Source: Akkermansia sp. (GTDB lineage Bacteria; Verrucomicrobiota; Verrucomicrobiia; Verrucomicrobiales; Akkermansiaceae). Taken from it: 64,000 nt of DNA. The stretch covers positions 6,715 to 70,714 of the forward strand of contig JAUNHW010000012.1 of NCBI GenBank assembly GCA_030523775.1, written 5' to 3'. Numbering within the stretch: position 1 is the first letter of the stretch; each line of letters starts with the position of its first letter. This document shows, piece after piece, positions 1-9,474 of this stretch. The translations under genes and the position numbers were made by a program. The notes beneath the pieces are model-generated. The model was given only the letters and a program-made list of their open reading frames with translations, ran no database searches and had not been told where the DNA came from.

Positions 1-281
1 ACATCCGTGCGGCCCTTGTAGTTCTTGCGGAGCTTGTCCTGGGCGTCCGTGTCCATCTTGGAGTAGTCCTTGAAGATGTTGATGACAATGCAGCCCTTGG
101 CGTCCTTCATGTCATTGCACGTGATGGCGCTGGGCATCCGCACGCTGGGATCCTTGGAGACGGTGATCTGCGTGGCGTTCACCACGAAGAAAATCAGCAG
201 CAGGAAGCAGCAGTCAATCATGGGGGACATGTTGACATCACCCTTGACCTCTTCCGTGTCTCTAGCGTTTTTCTTAGCCAT
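1..281 (-). CDS. exbD: Biopolymer transport protein ExbD/TolR (runs off the window start)
   Basis: Hand translation from ATG 281: MAKKNARDTEEVKGDVNMSPMIDCCFLLLIFFVV, the ExbD N-terminal PMID-x-x-FLLLIFF motif; directly downstream of exbB. Confidence 0.9.
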   Translation of the reverse strand, partial: MAKKNARDTEEVKGDVNMSPMIDCCFLLLIFFVVNATQITVSKDPSVRMPSAITCNDMKDAKGCIVINIFKDYSKMDTDAQDKLRKNYKGRTD

Positions 282-348
282 GAGTGTAATTCGGCTTGGG
301 ATTCTCCCGCCGCCGGGAAACGGCGGCGGGCCTCACGGGCGGCAGGCG

Positions 349-1188
349 TCAGGCCTGCACTTCCTCCACTGCACCCTCGGCGCCCTCCTCGCCTTCCACA
401 TCCAGGCCCTCCGGGATACGGGCGAGCTGGGCTTCGGCGTTGATGACGTTGATGGAGGTGTTGACCATCTCCTCCACGGCGTTCACGCAGGCGGCTTCAA
501 GGGCCTGCGCCTTCTTCTTGAACAGGAAGAACGCGGGGATGGCGATAATGGAAATGATCAGGCCCCAGAAGGTGGTGAGCAGTGCCACGGAAATATCACC
601 TGCCAGGTCGCTCGGGTCCGCCTGGCCGGTGGTGGCCAGCGTGGCGAATGCGCCGATCATGCCTTGCACGGTACCGAACAGGCCGATGGACGGTGCGATG
701 GAGCCGGCCAGAGCCAGCATATCCACGAACTTCATGGTCTGCGGGCGCTCGTTGGCGGTGAAGTCCGCAATGGCGTCCTCAATGCTGTCCTTGCCCAGGT
801 CCTCGGTGCGGTTGGCATCAATGTTGGGCAGCGCGTATGCCACCAGGCGGCCCAGGTAGGTGGGGCTCTCCGTGGCAAGCTTGATGGCGGACTGCACGCG
901 GCACTCGCCCATGAAAGCAATCAGCTGCGTGCGCAGAGCCTCCGGGCAGAACTTCTCGTCCTTCAGCAGCTGGATGCTGTACACAATCAGGAAAATCGTG
1001 AAGCCCAGCAGCAGCACCAGCGGAATCATGGTGGGACCACCGTCAATCACCCATGTGTCGAGCATGGTCTTCTTGGTCACGGCCTTGGTGGCCTCTTCCT
1101 GCGCCCAGACAGAGCTGGAAAGCGTGGCGGCGGCAAGCATTCCGAGGATGGATGCACGGACGGCGAATCGGGAAATCATGTTTTTCAT
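349..1188 (-). CDS. exbB: MotA/TolQ/ExbB proton channel protein
   Basis: Signal peptide, TM segments, APSIGLFGTVQGMI and ISVALLTTFWGL motifs. Confidence 0.9.
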   Translation of the reverse strand: MKNMISRFAVRASILGMLAAATLSSSVWAQEEATKAVTKKTMLDTWVIDGGPTMIPLVLLLGFTIFLIVYSIQLLKDEKFCPEALRTQLIAFMGECRVQSAIKLATESPTYLGRLVAYALPNIDANRTEDLGKDSIEDAIADFTANERPQTMKFVDMLALAGSIAPSIGLFGTVQGMIGAFATLATTGQADPSDLAGDISVALLTTFWGLIISIIAIPAFFLFKKKAQALEAACVNAVEEMVNTSINVINAEAQLARIPEGLDVEGEEGAEGAVEEVQA

Positions 1189-1344
1189 AAGTTTCGTACG
1201 ATTTGGTTAGGTTGTACAGATTTGACGTCCTCCATTTAACCACATCCACGAGCCTTTGCAAGCAACTTTTTCCAAATTCCCGCTTTTTTTTCTTTACGCG
1301 GGCGCAATTCGCGCTCCGCGCGCGAAAGGGGAGAACGAGTGGCG

Positions 1345-1441
1345 ACAAGAGCCCGGTCCTCCGGAGGACGAGCAGGAACGCGGAGGCTATACGCTTGTTC
1401 CCATCGGAAAAGGCGTGATCCCCGGTAACGAGGCACCACTG
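1345..1441 (-). pseudogene. Fic/Doc-family gene relic (active-site fragment only)
   Basis: Translates as WCLVTGDHAFSDGNKRIASAFLLVLRRTGLL; HxFxDGNKR motif at 1391-1417; no full-length ORF. Confidence 0.6.
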
Positions 1442-1462
1442 GTTGCGCCTTGCACCCACAGA

Positions 1463-1495
1463 AAGGCCCGTCTGGCAGCATGCCAGACGGGCCTT
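1463..1495 (-). terminator. Hairpin terminator of the PEP-CTERM gene
   Basis: Perfect 15-bp stem AAGGCCCGTCTGGCA-GCA-TGCCAGACGGGCCTT; short T run on the minus strand. Confidence 0.75.
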
Positions 1496-1508
1496 GGTAA
1501 TCTTCGCG

Positions 1509-1546
1509 GCGCCTTGTCACGCCGTAGCTTTAGCGAAGGCGGAGCC
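1509..1546 (+). repeat. REP-like imperfect hairpin repeat
   Basis: GCGCCTTGTCACGCCGTAGCTTTAGCGAAGGCGGAGCC; 37/38 identical to the reverse complement of 61586-61623. Confidence 0.85.
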
Positions 1547-1558
1547 TAACTTACTAAA

Positions 1559-1586
1559 TAGTACCTAGTACTTAGTACCTAGTAAA
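1559..1586. repeat. Heptamer tandem repeat, 4 units
   Basis: TAGTACC TAGTACT TAGTACC TAGTAAA abutting the stop codon. Confidence 0.85.
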
Positions 1587-4500
1587 TCACTTGCGGCGGC
1601 GCCTTGCCGCCAGGGCGGCAAGCGCAAGCAAGCTCAGCGTGCCCGTGGTGGGTTCCGGCACGTTGCTGAACTTCTGCAGGCCGAAGCCGTCAACCTCGCT
1701 GAACACGATGTTGAAGTCGCCCTGCAGCTCGTAGTCGCCATCGGCGGCGGTGCGGGAGAACACGCTGTCGTACCAGGCGTCCTCACCGTAATCACCGGTG
1801 TAGGAGAGCTCACGGCCTGCAGCGGCATCGATCAGCCAGAAGTAGTCGCCGACAGCCAGGTCGTCCAGCTTGCGGAGCGTGGTGCCGTCCAGCGCGATGT
1901 TCTGGCCCATGGTGAGCGTGCTGCCCACGTGCAGGGCCTGCTCCACGCCTTGGACGAGCAGTGCGGAGTCGTCGGCCATCACCAGGTTGGCGAGCAGGGT
2001 GCCGCCGCCGGCAGCCAGCTCTTCCGTGACGGTGATGGTGGCCTCGGTTTCCGGCGCGGAGAGGATCTCCACGGCGGAATCCGGGCCAACGGTGATGTTC
2101 GCCACCTCCACGGCATCTTCCATGCCGTTGAGCGTGAGCTTACCGCCCTGCACGTTGGTGATCTCTTCAACGGTCAGCCAGTTGGAGACGGTGACGTCCT
2201 CGCCGATGGTCTTGGTGATACCCGTTGCGGACACGACCATGCTGGTGTTGTCCAGGGAGTAGGCGTCATCATCTCCCTCGTTGTAGACGGCAACGCCGAT
2301 GCTATCAGAGGAGAACTTGACGCCGTCGAGCTCCAAGGATTCGCCGAAGTTTACTATGGATTCGGAAGCGATGCCGACATCCGAGGCATCCAGGCCCTCG
2401 CCGGTCACGGTGGCCATGCCGGTCACGGTGATTTCAATGCCGGAGCCGGCCTGGTCCACATCGAGCGTGCCGGACGCCACCTCGACTGTGGTGGTTTCGT
2501 GGCCGGAGTTGGCGATGTCGGAGATCTTCACCGTGCCGTCGTTCACGTAGAAGGTGGAGTAGTCGACATCTCCCTCGCGCACGATGATGCGGCCATCGCT
2601 CTTAAGGTCGTACGACTGGTCCTGCCAAGTGACGGAGCCGGTGGAGGTGCCGCCGTTGACCACCTGCACAAAGGCTTCACTCTCGCCGATGTAGTAGTTG
2701 TCGCCCTGCGTAATGTCACCGTCCAGGCCGTAGTGTGCGATACCGCCGCCCTGCTGGGAGAAGGCATCGCCGAGCGTGGCATAGTTGATGGTCACGTCAC
2801 CGTGGTTGACGACAGCCGCCAGCAGGTTGACATTGTCGAACTCGGCGGAGGCGTGCTCGTTCACGGTGATGGCGGAGGCGGTGACCTCGCCGTGGAACAC
2901 CGTGGTGAACTCATCCGTGCCGTTGCCGACAACCAGGTTGAGGGTGCCTGCGTTCAGCTCGATGTCCGCGTTCACTTCCGTGGCTTCGTCGTAGAACTTG
3001 AGGGTGCTTGTCTTGCCCGATCCGCTGGCAGTGTAGGAGCCGTTCCATTCGGAGACATCACCGGAGAAGATGTACGTCTGGTTGTTGGCGCCGTTGGCCA
3101 TCGTGTAGACGAAGTCGCCCTCGCCCTTCACGCCGCCCGCGAACTCAATGGTCTTGTTGGAAGAGCCGTTGTTGACCGTCAGGCCATCGCCGGAGAGTTT
3201 CACAGTAGCATTGACGAGCAGGCCGTCGTTGCTCAGCCAGCCGGTCACGCCGTCAAGCTCAACAGTGGAATCGGCATGTCCCAAACTCGCGAGATTCAGG
3301 TTTGTCGCATTGCCGTTGTTGGAGATCTTCACCGTGCCCATCCAGTCATCGGCGAGCGCAACACTGCCCAGGGTGGTGGCGCTGCCCAGGTCGTACGTGC
3401 CCTCGCCATCGAGGGTGAAGTAGCGAGCGCCGGTGGCGGCGGTCACGGTCTTGTCCCCCTGGATGTTGATGGTGCCGGCGCTGTAGGTGCCGATCAAGTC
3501 GGCGCTGATGTCCTGGTCAACCTCCAGCGTACCGTCTTCCTCCACCTCAATGGCGGAAAGGGCGCCGTGCGAACCTTCCATGTCCTTGGCGGTGGTGACC
3601 GTCTCACTTTCAGTGAAGATGTAGAAGGTGCTGTAGTTCTTGCCGTTCACGGCAGCCGTGCCGGTTGCCTCGTCCACCGTCACCACCTGGCCGTTCCACG
3701 TGAACGTGGCACCGGTAGTGGCAAGCGTGGCGCCCTCTTGGATGGTAACCACCAGGGCATCGCCGTCCATAACGGCAAAGCCGTTGCCCTCGTAATGGCC
3801 GCCTTCATAGGAGTATTCGCCGTCAACATAGACATCGCTGATGTCATACTTGCCGCTCATGTTGAGCGTGCCTGCCTGCAGGTCGATGCCGTAGAGGCCG
3901 ATCTTGACGGTGCCATCACCGGAGAGGGTGTAAGCCCCTGTGCCGGTCTTGGTGGCGCTTTCAAGGTTCACGGTGCCGGCGTTCACGGCAAAGCTGCCGG
4001 ACGTGAGGCCCAGCTCGCCGAGGTTCAGCGTACCCTCGCCGTTCTTGGTGTAGGAGGCGCCGTTGGTGATGCTGCCGGTAAGGCTCAGCTCCTTGCCTTC
4101 CGCCACATTCAGGGTCAGGTCGTGGCTGTTCATGTTCAGGCCCACGCCCGTGGAGGTGGTTTCCTGCGCGTCAATGGTAATGTTGGCGCTCACATTCATG
4201 GTGCCGGACACGTTGCCGCCCGCAAGGATGACGTTGGCTGCGGTGGAGCCGCCCTTTTGGGGATCGACCTCAAAGTTCACCTCGCCGCCCCGCACCTCGA
4301 TGGTGCCGGCGCTCACGGTGGTATTCTTCAGGGCAAAGAGACCATCACCCGTCTTCACCAGGGTCTTGCTGTTCAGGTTCAGGGCGGTGGGGTCATAGCC
4401 GCGCGCCAGGAGACGGAGGTCATGCCCGTTGTCCGCATGCACGGTGGAATCGGCGGTCAGGTCCAGGCCGGTTGTCTGCGAGGAGCCGTAGCCCAGGGCC

Positions 4501-6797
4501 GCACCGCTGTTGGTGAGCGTGCCGCCGGCCATCGTGTACTTGAAGTTGGCATCCGTGACACCGTTCAGGTCCAGCGTGCCGCCCTCTGCAATGGTGATGG
4601 TCTTGGTCTGGGAGGCGCCGTTGTTGTGCTCACCCAGGGCCCTCTGGTTGCCGATCTTGAGCGTGCCCTCGGAGATGGTCACATCACCCGTGAAGGCGGT
4701 GTTGGCGCCGGTGATGGTCAGCGTTTCCGCCCCGGCCTTCACCAGCGTTCCCGCGCCGGACACGCTCGTGAGCGTGGCGGCTGCCGTGGTGTCCAGCGTG
4801 CCGGAGGCGCCGGCCGCAAGCGTCAGGCCAATGGAGGCACCGTCCTGGTCCATGGTGATGGTGGAGGTGCCAGTCACGGCGATGGTATTGACGGTGTGCT
4901 CGCGTTCGCTCGCGTACTGGATGGCGTGTGCCAGGCTCTCCGTGCCGCTCTTCACGTAGAAGGTGCCGTAGTTGGTGGAACCCTCGGTGGTGTAGACTCC
5001 GTTCACGACATCCACGTTGGTGCCGCCCACGGTGAAGGTGGCGTTGTCCACATTGACGGTGGCGTCACCAGCCTTGGTGTACACGGTTGCGGAGCCGGCC
5101 GTATGCGCGAAGCCGTTGTCCGTGCTGCTCACTCCGCCCTCGTACGTGGTGGCCATGGTGCCGGTGTTGCCACCGATCTCATACTTGCCGCTGAGGGTAA
5201 GCGTGCCCGCGGTCACGGCGATGGTGTTGCTCAGCACATTGCCGTTGCCGGTCACGGTGGTGGAGCCGCCGGTGATGCTCAGGGAGCCGTCGGTGCCGAT
5301 GATGAGGGCGTGCAGCTCTCCGGTGCCGGAGATATCAACCGTGCCGGCCTGGATGTTCAGGCCCTCGGCCTTGGTCTCGCCCGTGAAGTGGAGGGTGCCT
5401 TCACCCTGCTTCACCACCACGGAGGAGGCGCTGTGGTCGGAGCCGTTGATGGTCAGCTTACCGACGGTGAGCTCGCCCCCGTTCGCCACGTCGATGGTCA
5501 CGCCGTTGCGGCGGACGTCCAGCACGTCGATGTTGTTCTGCACGCCGGAGGCGGTGATATTGCAGCCGAAGGTGTTGAAGCCCGCGGAGCCGCCCTGCTT
5601 GGTGGAGGTGATGGTGGAGTAGCCCTGCATGTTGATGTCCGTCACCATGGTGGCGCTGTTGCCGGTGGACTGGTTGAGTTCCAGGGTGGCCAGCTTGCCC
5701 TCCTCGCCCTTCATGGTGAGGCTCGCCACGCACTGGTTCTTGCTGCCCCAGCCGAAGGCGTCGTGCTCGCCCACGATGCGCATGATGCCGCCGGCGTTGA
5801 TGGTGAGCGCGCCGGTGATGAAGCCGTTGACACCGCTGTGGGTGGTCTCCAGCACGCCCTTGTCATTGATGACAATGTTCACGTTCATGTTGCCGGAGGT
5901 GACGCGGTAGGTGGCGTCCTGCACGGTGACCGTGGCGCCCGCGTGGTCCACCTGGAACACGCCTGTGCCGGTCACGCCCTCCAGCGTAACGGCGTCCGTC
6001 TTCACATAGAACTTGGTGGTGTCCGTCACGTCACCGGCGGTGAAGTAGTAGTTGCCGCCCTCTTCTCCCGTGACAATGTCACCGGTGGTGGTGGTGGCCT
6101 GGAAGCCGGTGCCGGCCGTGGCGCCCTTGATGATGTAGTAGGAGGAGCCGGAGGTCTTCTTGAAGCCCTGCTGGTTGGTCACATCCGTCCAGGTAGCGGA
6201 GCCTTCCTGGCGCAGCGCGTAGTTGTTGGCGTTGGATGTATCGAACGAGTAGGTGCCGTTCAGGGTGACGGTGCCCGCATTGTTGACGATGGCGCCCGTC
6301 AGGCCGAAGGAGGATGCGCCGTCCACGCCCAGCGTGAGCACGCCGTAGTTCTGCACGCCGGTGAGCGTGCCGGTCACGGCCTTCACCGTGGCGGTGGTGT
6401 TCTCCGGAGCCTTGCCGGCCGCGTACGGCTGCGTGCTCAGCAGGATGCTGCCCGTGCCGTTGCCCGCCGTGATATCGTCAATGGTCAGCGCGGCGAACGT
6501 GCGGTCCTGGCCCCAGAAGTTGCCGCCGGAGATGCGCACTGTGGCGCCGTCCTTCACGGTCACCTCGGAAATCCCGGCGGTCACGGGGTTGCTGCCCTCG
6601 GCGGTGATGTTCACCTGGCCGTGCTCGTCATCCGTCAGGACAGAGCCGGTCTTGCCGCTGTCCGTGTAGAACCAGTCGCCGCCGGTGTTGCCGCCGTTCC
6701 AGGAGACAGTGCCGTACGTCTGCGGCAGGGTGAAGCCCACCGCGGAGATGGCGGCGATAAGGGCCGCCCTGAGTTTGGTGTTGATACGTAATTTCAT
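1587..6797 (-). CDS. Large PEP-CTERM surface protein with autotransporter-passenger-like beta-strand repeats (about 1736 aa)
   Basis: Long signal peptide MKLRINTKLRAALIAA; G/T/N-rich repeats such as LVKAGAETLTITGANT and LVKTGDGLF; C-terminal VPEPTTGTLSLLALAALAARRRRK. Confidence 0.9.
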   Translation of the reverse strand: MKLRINTKLRAALIAAISAVGFTLPQTYGTVSWNGGNTGGDWFYTDSGKTGSVLTDDEHGQVNITAEGSNPVTAGISEVTVKDGATVRISGGNFWGQDRTFAALTIDDITAGNGTGSILLSTQPYAAGKAPENTTATVKAVTGTLTGVQNYGVLTLGVDGASSFGLTGAIVNNAGTVTLNGTYSFDTSNANNYALRQEGSATWTDVTNQQGFKKTSGSSYYIIKGATAGTGFQATTTTGDIVTGEEGGNYYFTAGDVTDTTKFYVKTDAVTLEGVTGTGVFQVDHAGATVTVQDATYRVTSGNMNVNIVINDKGVLETTHSGVNGFITGALTINAGGIMRIVGEHDAFGWGSKNQCVASLTMKGEEGKLATLELNQSTGNSATMVTDINMQGYSTITSTKQGGSAGFNTFGCNITASGVQNNIDVLDVRRNGVTIDVANGGELTVGKLTINGSDHSASSVVVKQGEGTLHFTGETKAEGLNIQAGTVDISGTGELHALIIGTDGSLSITGGSTTVTGNGNVLSNTIAVTAGTLTLSGKYEIGGNTGTMATTYEGGVSSTDNGFAHTAGSATVYTKAGDATVNVDNATFTVGGTNVDVVNGVYTTEGSTNYGTFYVKSGTESLAHAIQYASEREHTVNTIAVTGTSTITMDQDGASIGLTLAAGASGTLDTTAAATLTSVSGAGTLVKAGAETLTITGANTAFTGDVTISEGTLKIGNQRALGEHNNGASQTKTITIAEGGTLDLNGVTDANFKYTMAGGTLTNSGAALGYGSSQTTGLDLTADSTVHADNGHDLRLLARGYDPTALNLNSKTLVKTGDGLFALKNTTVSAGTIEVRGGEVNFEVDPQKGGSTAANVILAGGNVSGTMNVSANITIDAQETTSTGVGLNMNSHDLTLNVAEGKELSLTGSITNGASYTKNGEGTLNLGELGLTSGSFAVNAGTVNLESATKTGTGAYTLSGDGTVKIGLYGIDLQAGTLNMSGKYDISDVYVDGEYSYEGGHYEGNGFAVMDGDALVVTIQEGATLATTGATFTWNGQVVTVDEATGTAAVNGKNYSTFYIFTESETVTTAKDMEGSHGALSAIEVEEDGTLEVDQDISADLIGTYSAGTINIQGDKTVTAATGARYFTLDGEGTYDLGSATTLGSVALADDWMGTVKISNNGNATNLNLASLGHADSTVELDGVTGWLSNDGLLVNATVKLSGDGLTVNNGSSNKTIEFAGGVKGEGDFVYTMANGANNQTYIFSGDVSEWNGSYTASGSGKTSTLKFYDEATEVNADIELNAGTLNLVVGNGTDEFTTVFHGEVTASAITVNEHASAEFDNVNLLAAVVNHGDVTINYATLGDAFSQQGGGIAHYGLDGDITQGDNYYIGESEAFVQVVNGGTSTGSVTWQDQSYDLKSDGRIIVREGDVDYSTFYVNDGTVKISDIANSGHETTTVEVASGTLDVDQAGSGIEITVTGMATVTGEGLDASDVGIASESIVNFGESLELDGVKFSSDSIGVAVYNEGDDDAYSLDNTSMVVSATGITKTIGEDVTVSNWLTVEEITNVQGGKLTLNGMEDAVEVANITVGPDSAVEILSAPETEATITVTEELAAGGGTLLANLVMADDSALLVQGVEQALHVGSTLTMGQNIALDGTTLRKLDDLAVGDYFWLIDAAAGRELSYTGDYGEDAWYDSVFSRTAADGDYELQGDFNIVFSEVDGFGLQKFSNVPEPTTGTLSLLALAALAARRRRK

Positions 6798-6866
6798 ATC
6801 TTGTTTTTTTTGTGAGAATTTTGGTGAGAGACGTCTTCTGGGGTACACAGTACCCCATACGGAGCC

Positions 6867-6895
6867 ATTCTAGCAAATCCGCAGCGCGGGGGCAA
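6867..6895 (-). promoter_or_regulatory. Sigma70-type promoter of the PEP-CTERM gene
   Basis: TTGCCC-17-TAGAAT, followed by a 5' UTR hairpin GGGGTAC-TGT-GTACCCC. Confidence 0.6.
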
Positions 6896-6986
6896 GGCAA
6901 AATTTCACTTTCGCGCGCTCGCGCGAGAAAATCGACGCTATGTATTGAAAATGCGAGGTTTATTTTTGCCACGCCCGTTCCATCCA

Positions 6987-9221
6987 TCACTCCGCCGACC
7001 ACGCGGAATCCGGTATTTCCGTGCGCGGCGTGTCGGGGCCCTCCCACTCCAGTTTGACCTTGCCGGGAGCGCCCTGGCCCTGCACGATGGTGAAATCGAT
7101 GGCGTGGGGCCCGGCGGCCAGGGGGATGCCACGCTTGCCGGTGGAGGCGGCGATGGCCTCGTCCGCGTTGATGGCGGCGGACTCGTTGACGGTGGAGCCG
7201 GGCTTGTAGTTGAAGTCGGCGTCAATGAGCTGGAAGCGGTGCATGCGGAGGTATGCCTTGGAGCCGTCCACCTGGTCCAGGGTGAGGTAGAAGTGCCACA
7301 CGCCGTCCGCGGGGATGTTGATGAAGCCGCGGAAGTTGGAGATGCTCTTGGCGGGGAGCTCCGCGGCGGCGGGGCCGGGCACGGTGGATTTCACGGCGGC
7401 GGCCAGGGCGGCTGGCGGCAGGGTGTCGAACTCCGGCACCCAGGGGCAGGCGCGGTTCTCCACGCGGCGGCATTTCAGGCCGGGCGCGGCGGGCTTGGCC
7501 TCGTCCGCGGGCACGTTCAGGGAATCATAGGAGCGGCTGCCGCCGCAGGCGTTGTTGCGGGCTCCGGCGGAGCTGTCGCGCGTGTAGTCGTACGCGCGGC
7601 GGTTGTAGAGCGCCAGGGCCTTGAGGCGCGGCTGCATCTGGGCGAACTTGGGAGCGAGGTTGTGCTCCTCGTGGGGGTCCGCCACGGTGTCGTAAATCTC
7701 AAAGTCCTCGTTTCCGGTGGAGATGTTGCAGCGGATGGCCTTGAGAGTCTTGCCGCCGGGTGCCTGGAAGAAGAGGACCTGCTGCTCGCCGCGCTGGCGG
7801 TTGCGCTTGTTGTCCGCGTAGTCCCGGTACACGGGCATGCCGCCGCCGAAGTTGTACTCCGTGTACACGGTGTGCGGCTGCACGCCCTTCTTCTTGCCCT
7901 TCAGCACGGGCAGCAGGGACACGCCGTCGCAGCGCATCGGCACCGGCACCCCCGCCAGCTCCGCGAACGTGGCCATCCAGTCCTGGAACTGGCTGGGCGT
8001 CTTGTCCTTCAACCCGCCCTTCACGATGCCCGGCGCGTACACCAGGCAGGGAACGCGCAGGCCTCCGTCCCACACGTCACGCTTGATTCCGTCCGCCCCG
8101 CCGTAGCTGCGGAAGAAGGCGGGGTTCTGCGCGGGCGCGGGGTGGCCGGGGGATGTGCCCGCGGCGCCGCCCTCGTTGTGCGGGCCGTTGTCGCTCAGGA
8201 AGACGATGAAGGTGTTCCTGTCAATCTGGAGCTTGCGGCAGGTGTCCACCAGGTCGCCCATGGCGTCGTCCACGCGGGTAATCATGGTGGCGTGGCGCTG
8301 CTCGGCCTCCAGGATACCCTGCTCGTTGCCGAGGGCGCGTGCCTGGTCCCTCCATTCCGCGGTGTCGGCGAGATGCTTCACGCGGGGGTCGATGAAGGAA
8401 TCCCATTCGCCCTTGGCGGTGTTGATCATCTGCCCGGGTTTGCCGAGCCATTTTACGCCACCTCCCTTGGGGTAAGGCGCGGCGGGGATGGCCAAGCGCG
8501 CGTGCGGGGCTATGAGCGTGAGCGCCACGAAGAACGGCTGTTTGGGATGCGCCGCCCGGTGGTCCTGTATCCACTTCTTCGCGCGCGCGGTGAACAGATC
8601 CGTGCTGTAGCAGTTGTCCAGGTCCTTGGTGATCATGTCCTCCATGTCCCAGATGGCGTTGGCGTGCATGTCGGGGTCTGCGTTGTTCTCCTCCTTGGGA
8701 TAGTGGCGGTGCCCGGCGATGTGGTTGTGGTAACCGAAGAAGTAGTCGAACCCGCGCTTGGTGGGCCAGGCCGCGGCGGTCTTGGGGGTACCGCCGCCCT
8801 CCGCACCGCCGCCGATGCCCCACTTGCCGATGAGCGCGGTGGCGTACCCCGCTTCACGCAGCACCGTGGCCAGCGTGTGGGAGTTCTCCAGCGCGGCATC
8901 GAAACTGTTGTTGCGCACCACCTCCGCGTGCCCCTGGTGCACGCCGGAAAACAGGGAAGCGCGCGCGGGCGCGCACACGGGCGCCGCCGTGTAGTGCCGG
9001 CTCAGCAGCGCCCCCTTCTTGGCCATGTCCGCCAGCCGCGGCGTGGGAATTGCCGGCCCCTGCCCCTTCAAGTCCGGGCAGAAGGACAAATCGCCCCACC
9101 CCATGTCGTCCACCAGCACCAGGATAATGTTCGGCCTGGCGGCATCCGGGGCATCCGCCCCATAGGCAGCCGTGCCCAACACCAGCGAACACATCAGCAG
9201 AAGCGTGCGTACCTTGACCAT
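6987..9221 (-). CDS. Secreted Cys-type sulfatase with a C-terminal PA14-like extension
   Basis: PNIILVLVDDMGWGD, CAPAR formylglycine motif, GKWG, SDNG, GIKRDVWDGGLRVP. Confidence 0.9.
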   Translation of the reverse strand: MVKVRTLLLMCSLVLGTAAYGADAPDAARPNIILVLVDDMGWGDLSFCPDLKGQGPAIPTPRLADMAKKGALLSRHYTAAPVCAPARASLFSGVHQGHAEVVRNNSFDAALENSHTLATVLREAGYATALIGKWGIGGGAEGGGTPKTAAAWPTKRGFDYFFGYHNHIAGHRHYPKEENNADPDMHANAIWDMEDMITKDLDNCYSTDLFTARAKKWIQDHRAAHPKQPFFVALTLIAPHARLAIPAAPYPKGGGVKWLGKPGQMINTAKGEWDSFIDPRVKHLADTAEWRDQARALGNEQGILEAEQRHATMITRVDDAMGDLVDTCRKLQIDRNTFIVFLSDNGPHNEGGAAGTSPGHPAPAQNPAFFRSYGGADGIKRDVWDGGLRVPCLVYAPGIVKGGLKDKTPSQFQDWMATFAELAGVPVPMRCDGVSLLPVLKGKKKGVQPHTVYTEYNFGGGMPVYRDYADNKRNRQRGEQQVLFFQAPGGKTLKAIRCNISTGNEDFEIYDTVADPHEEHNLAPKFAQMQPRLKALALYNRRAYDYTRDSSAGARNNACGGSRSYDSLNVPADEAKPAAPGLKCRRVENRACPWVPEFDTLPPAALAAAVKSTVPGPAAAELPAKSISNFRGFINIPADGVWHFYLTLDQVDGSKAYLRMHRFQLIDADFNYKPGSTVNESAAINADEAIAASTGKRGIPLAAGPHAIDFTIVQGQGAPGKVKLEWEGPDTPRTEIPDSAWSAE

Positions 9222-9228
9222 GTACCCT

Positions 9229-9256
9229 ATCATACAGGCGCGGGTGGGAAAGGCAA
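9229..9256 (-). promoter_or_regulatory. Promoter of the sulfatase gene, apparently leaderless
   Basis: TTGCCT-16-TATGAT, 7 nt before ATG 9221. Confidence 0.6.
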
Positions 9257-9327
9257 GGTTATTTGCGATTTGCCATCACGGCCGGGCACATATGTGTGCC
9301 AAAGATATTTGCGGCGGGCGAAAATGC

Positions 9328-9396
9328 GAAACAGGTTCAACCGCCCCGCCATGCGTCCGCCCACGCTACGCTCCCGTCTTCGCGTCTCGCTGCGCC
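9328..9396. repeat. 47-bp direct repeat (copy 1) fused to a REP-like unit
   Basis: 9328-9374 matches 13300-13346 at 43/47; 9374-9396 reads GGCGCAGC-GAGAC-GCGAAGACGG on the minus strand. Confidence 0.8.
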
Positions 9397-9423
9397 CGCG
9401 CGCAACACGATTGCACAACAACA

Positions 9424-9448
9424 CGGGCGGGCCAAAACGGCCCGCCCG
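9424..9448 (-). terminator. Hairpin downstream of nifJ
   Basis: CGGGCGGGCC-AAAAC-GGCCCGCCCG. Confidence 0.65.
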
Positions 9449-9474
9449 TACTGGGATGACTATCTGCCCGGGAA

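Noticed and set aside
1929-6791. Very long antisense ORFs (also 6945-9557, 9814-13161, 23147-25909, 47028-49571, 55669-58431 and others)
   Set aside because: Shadow frames of high-GC genes with biased codon usage; no recognisable motifs
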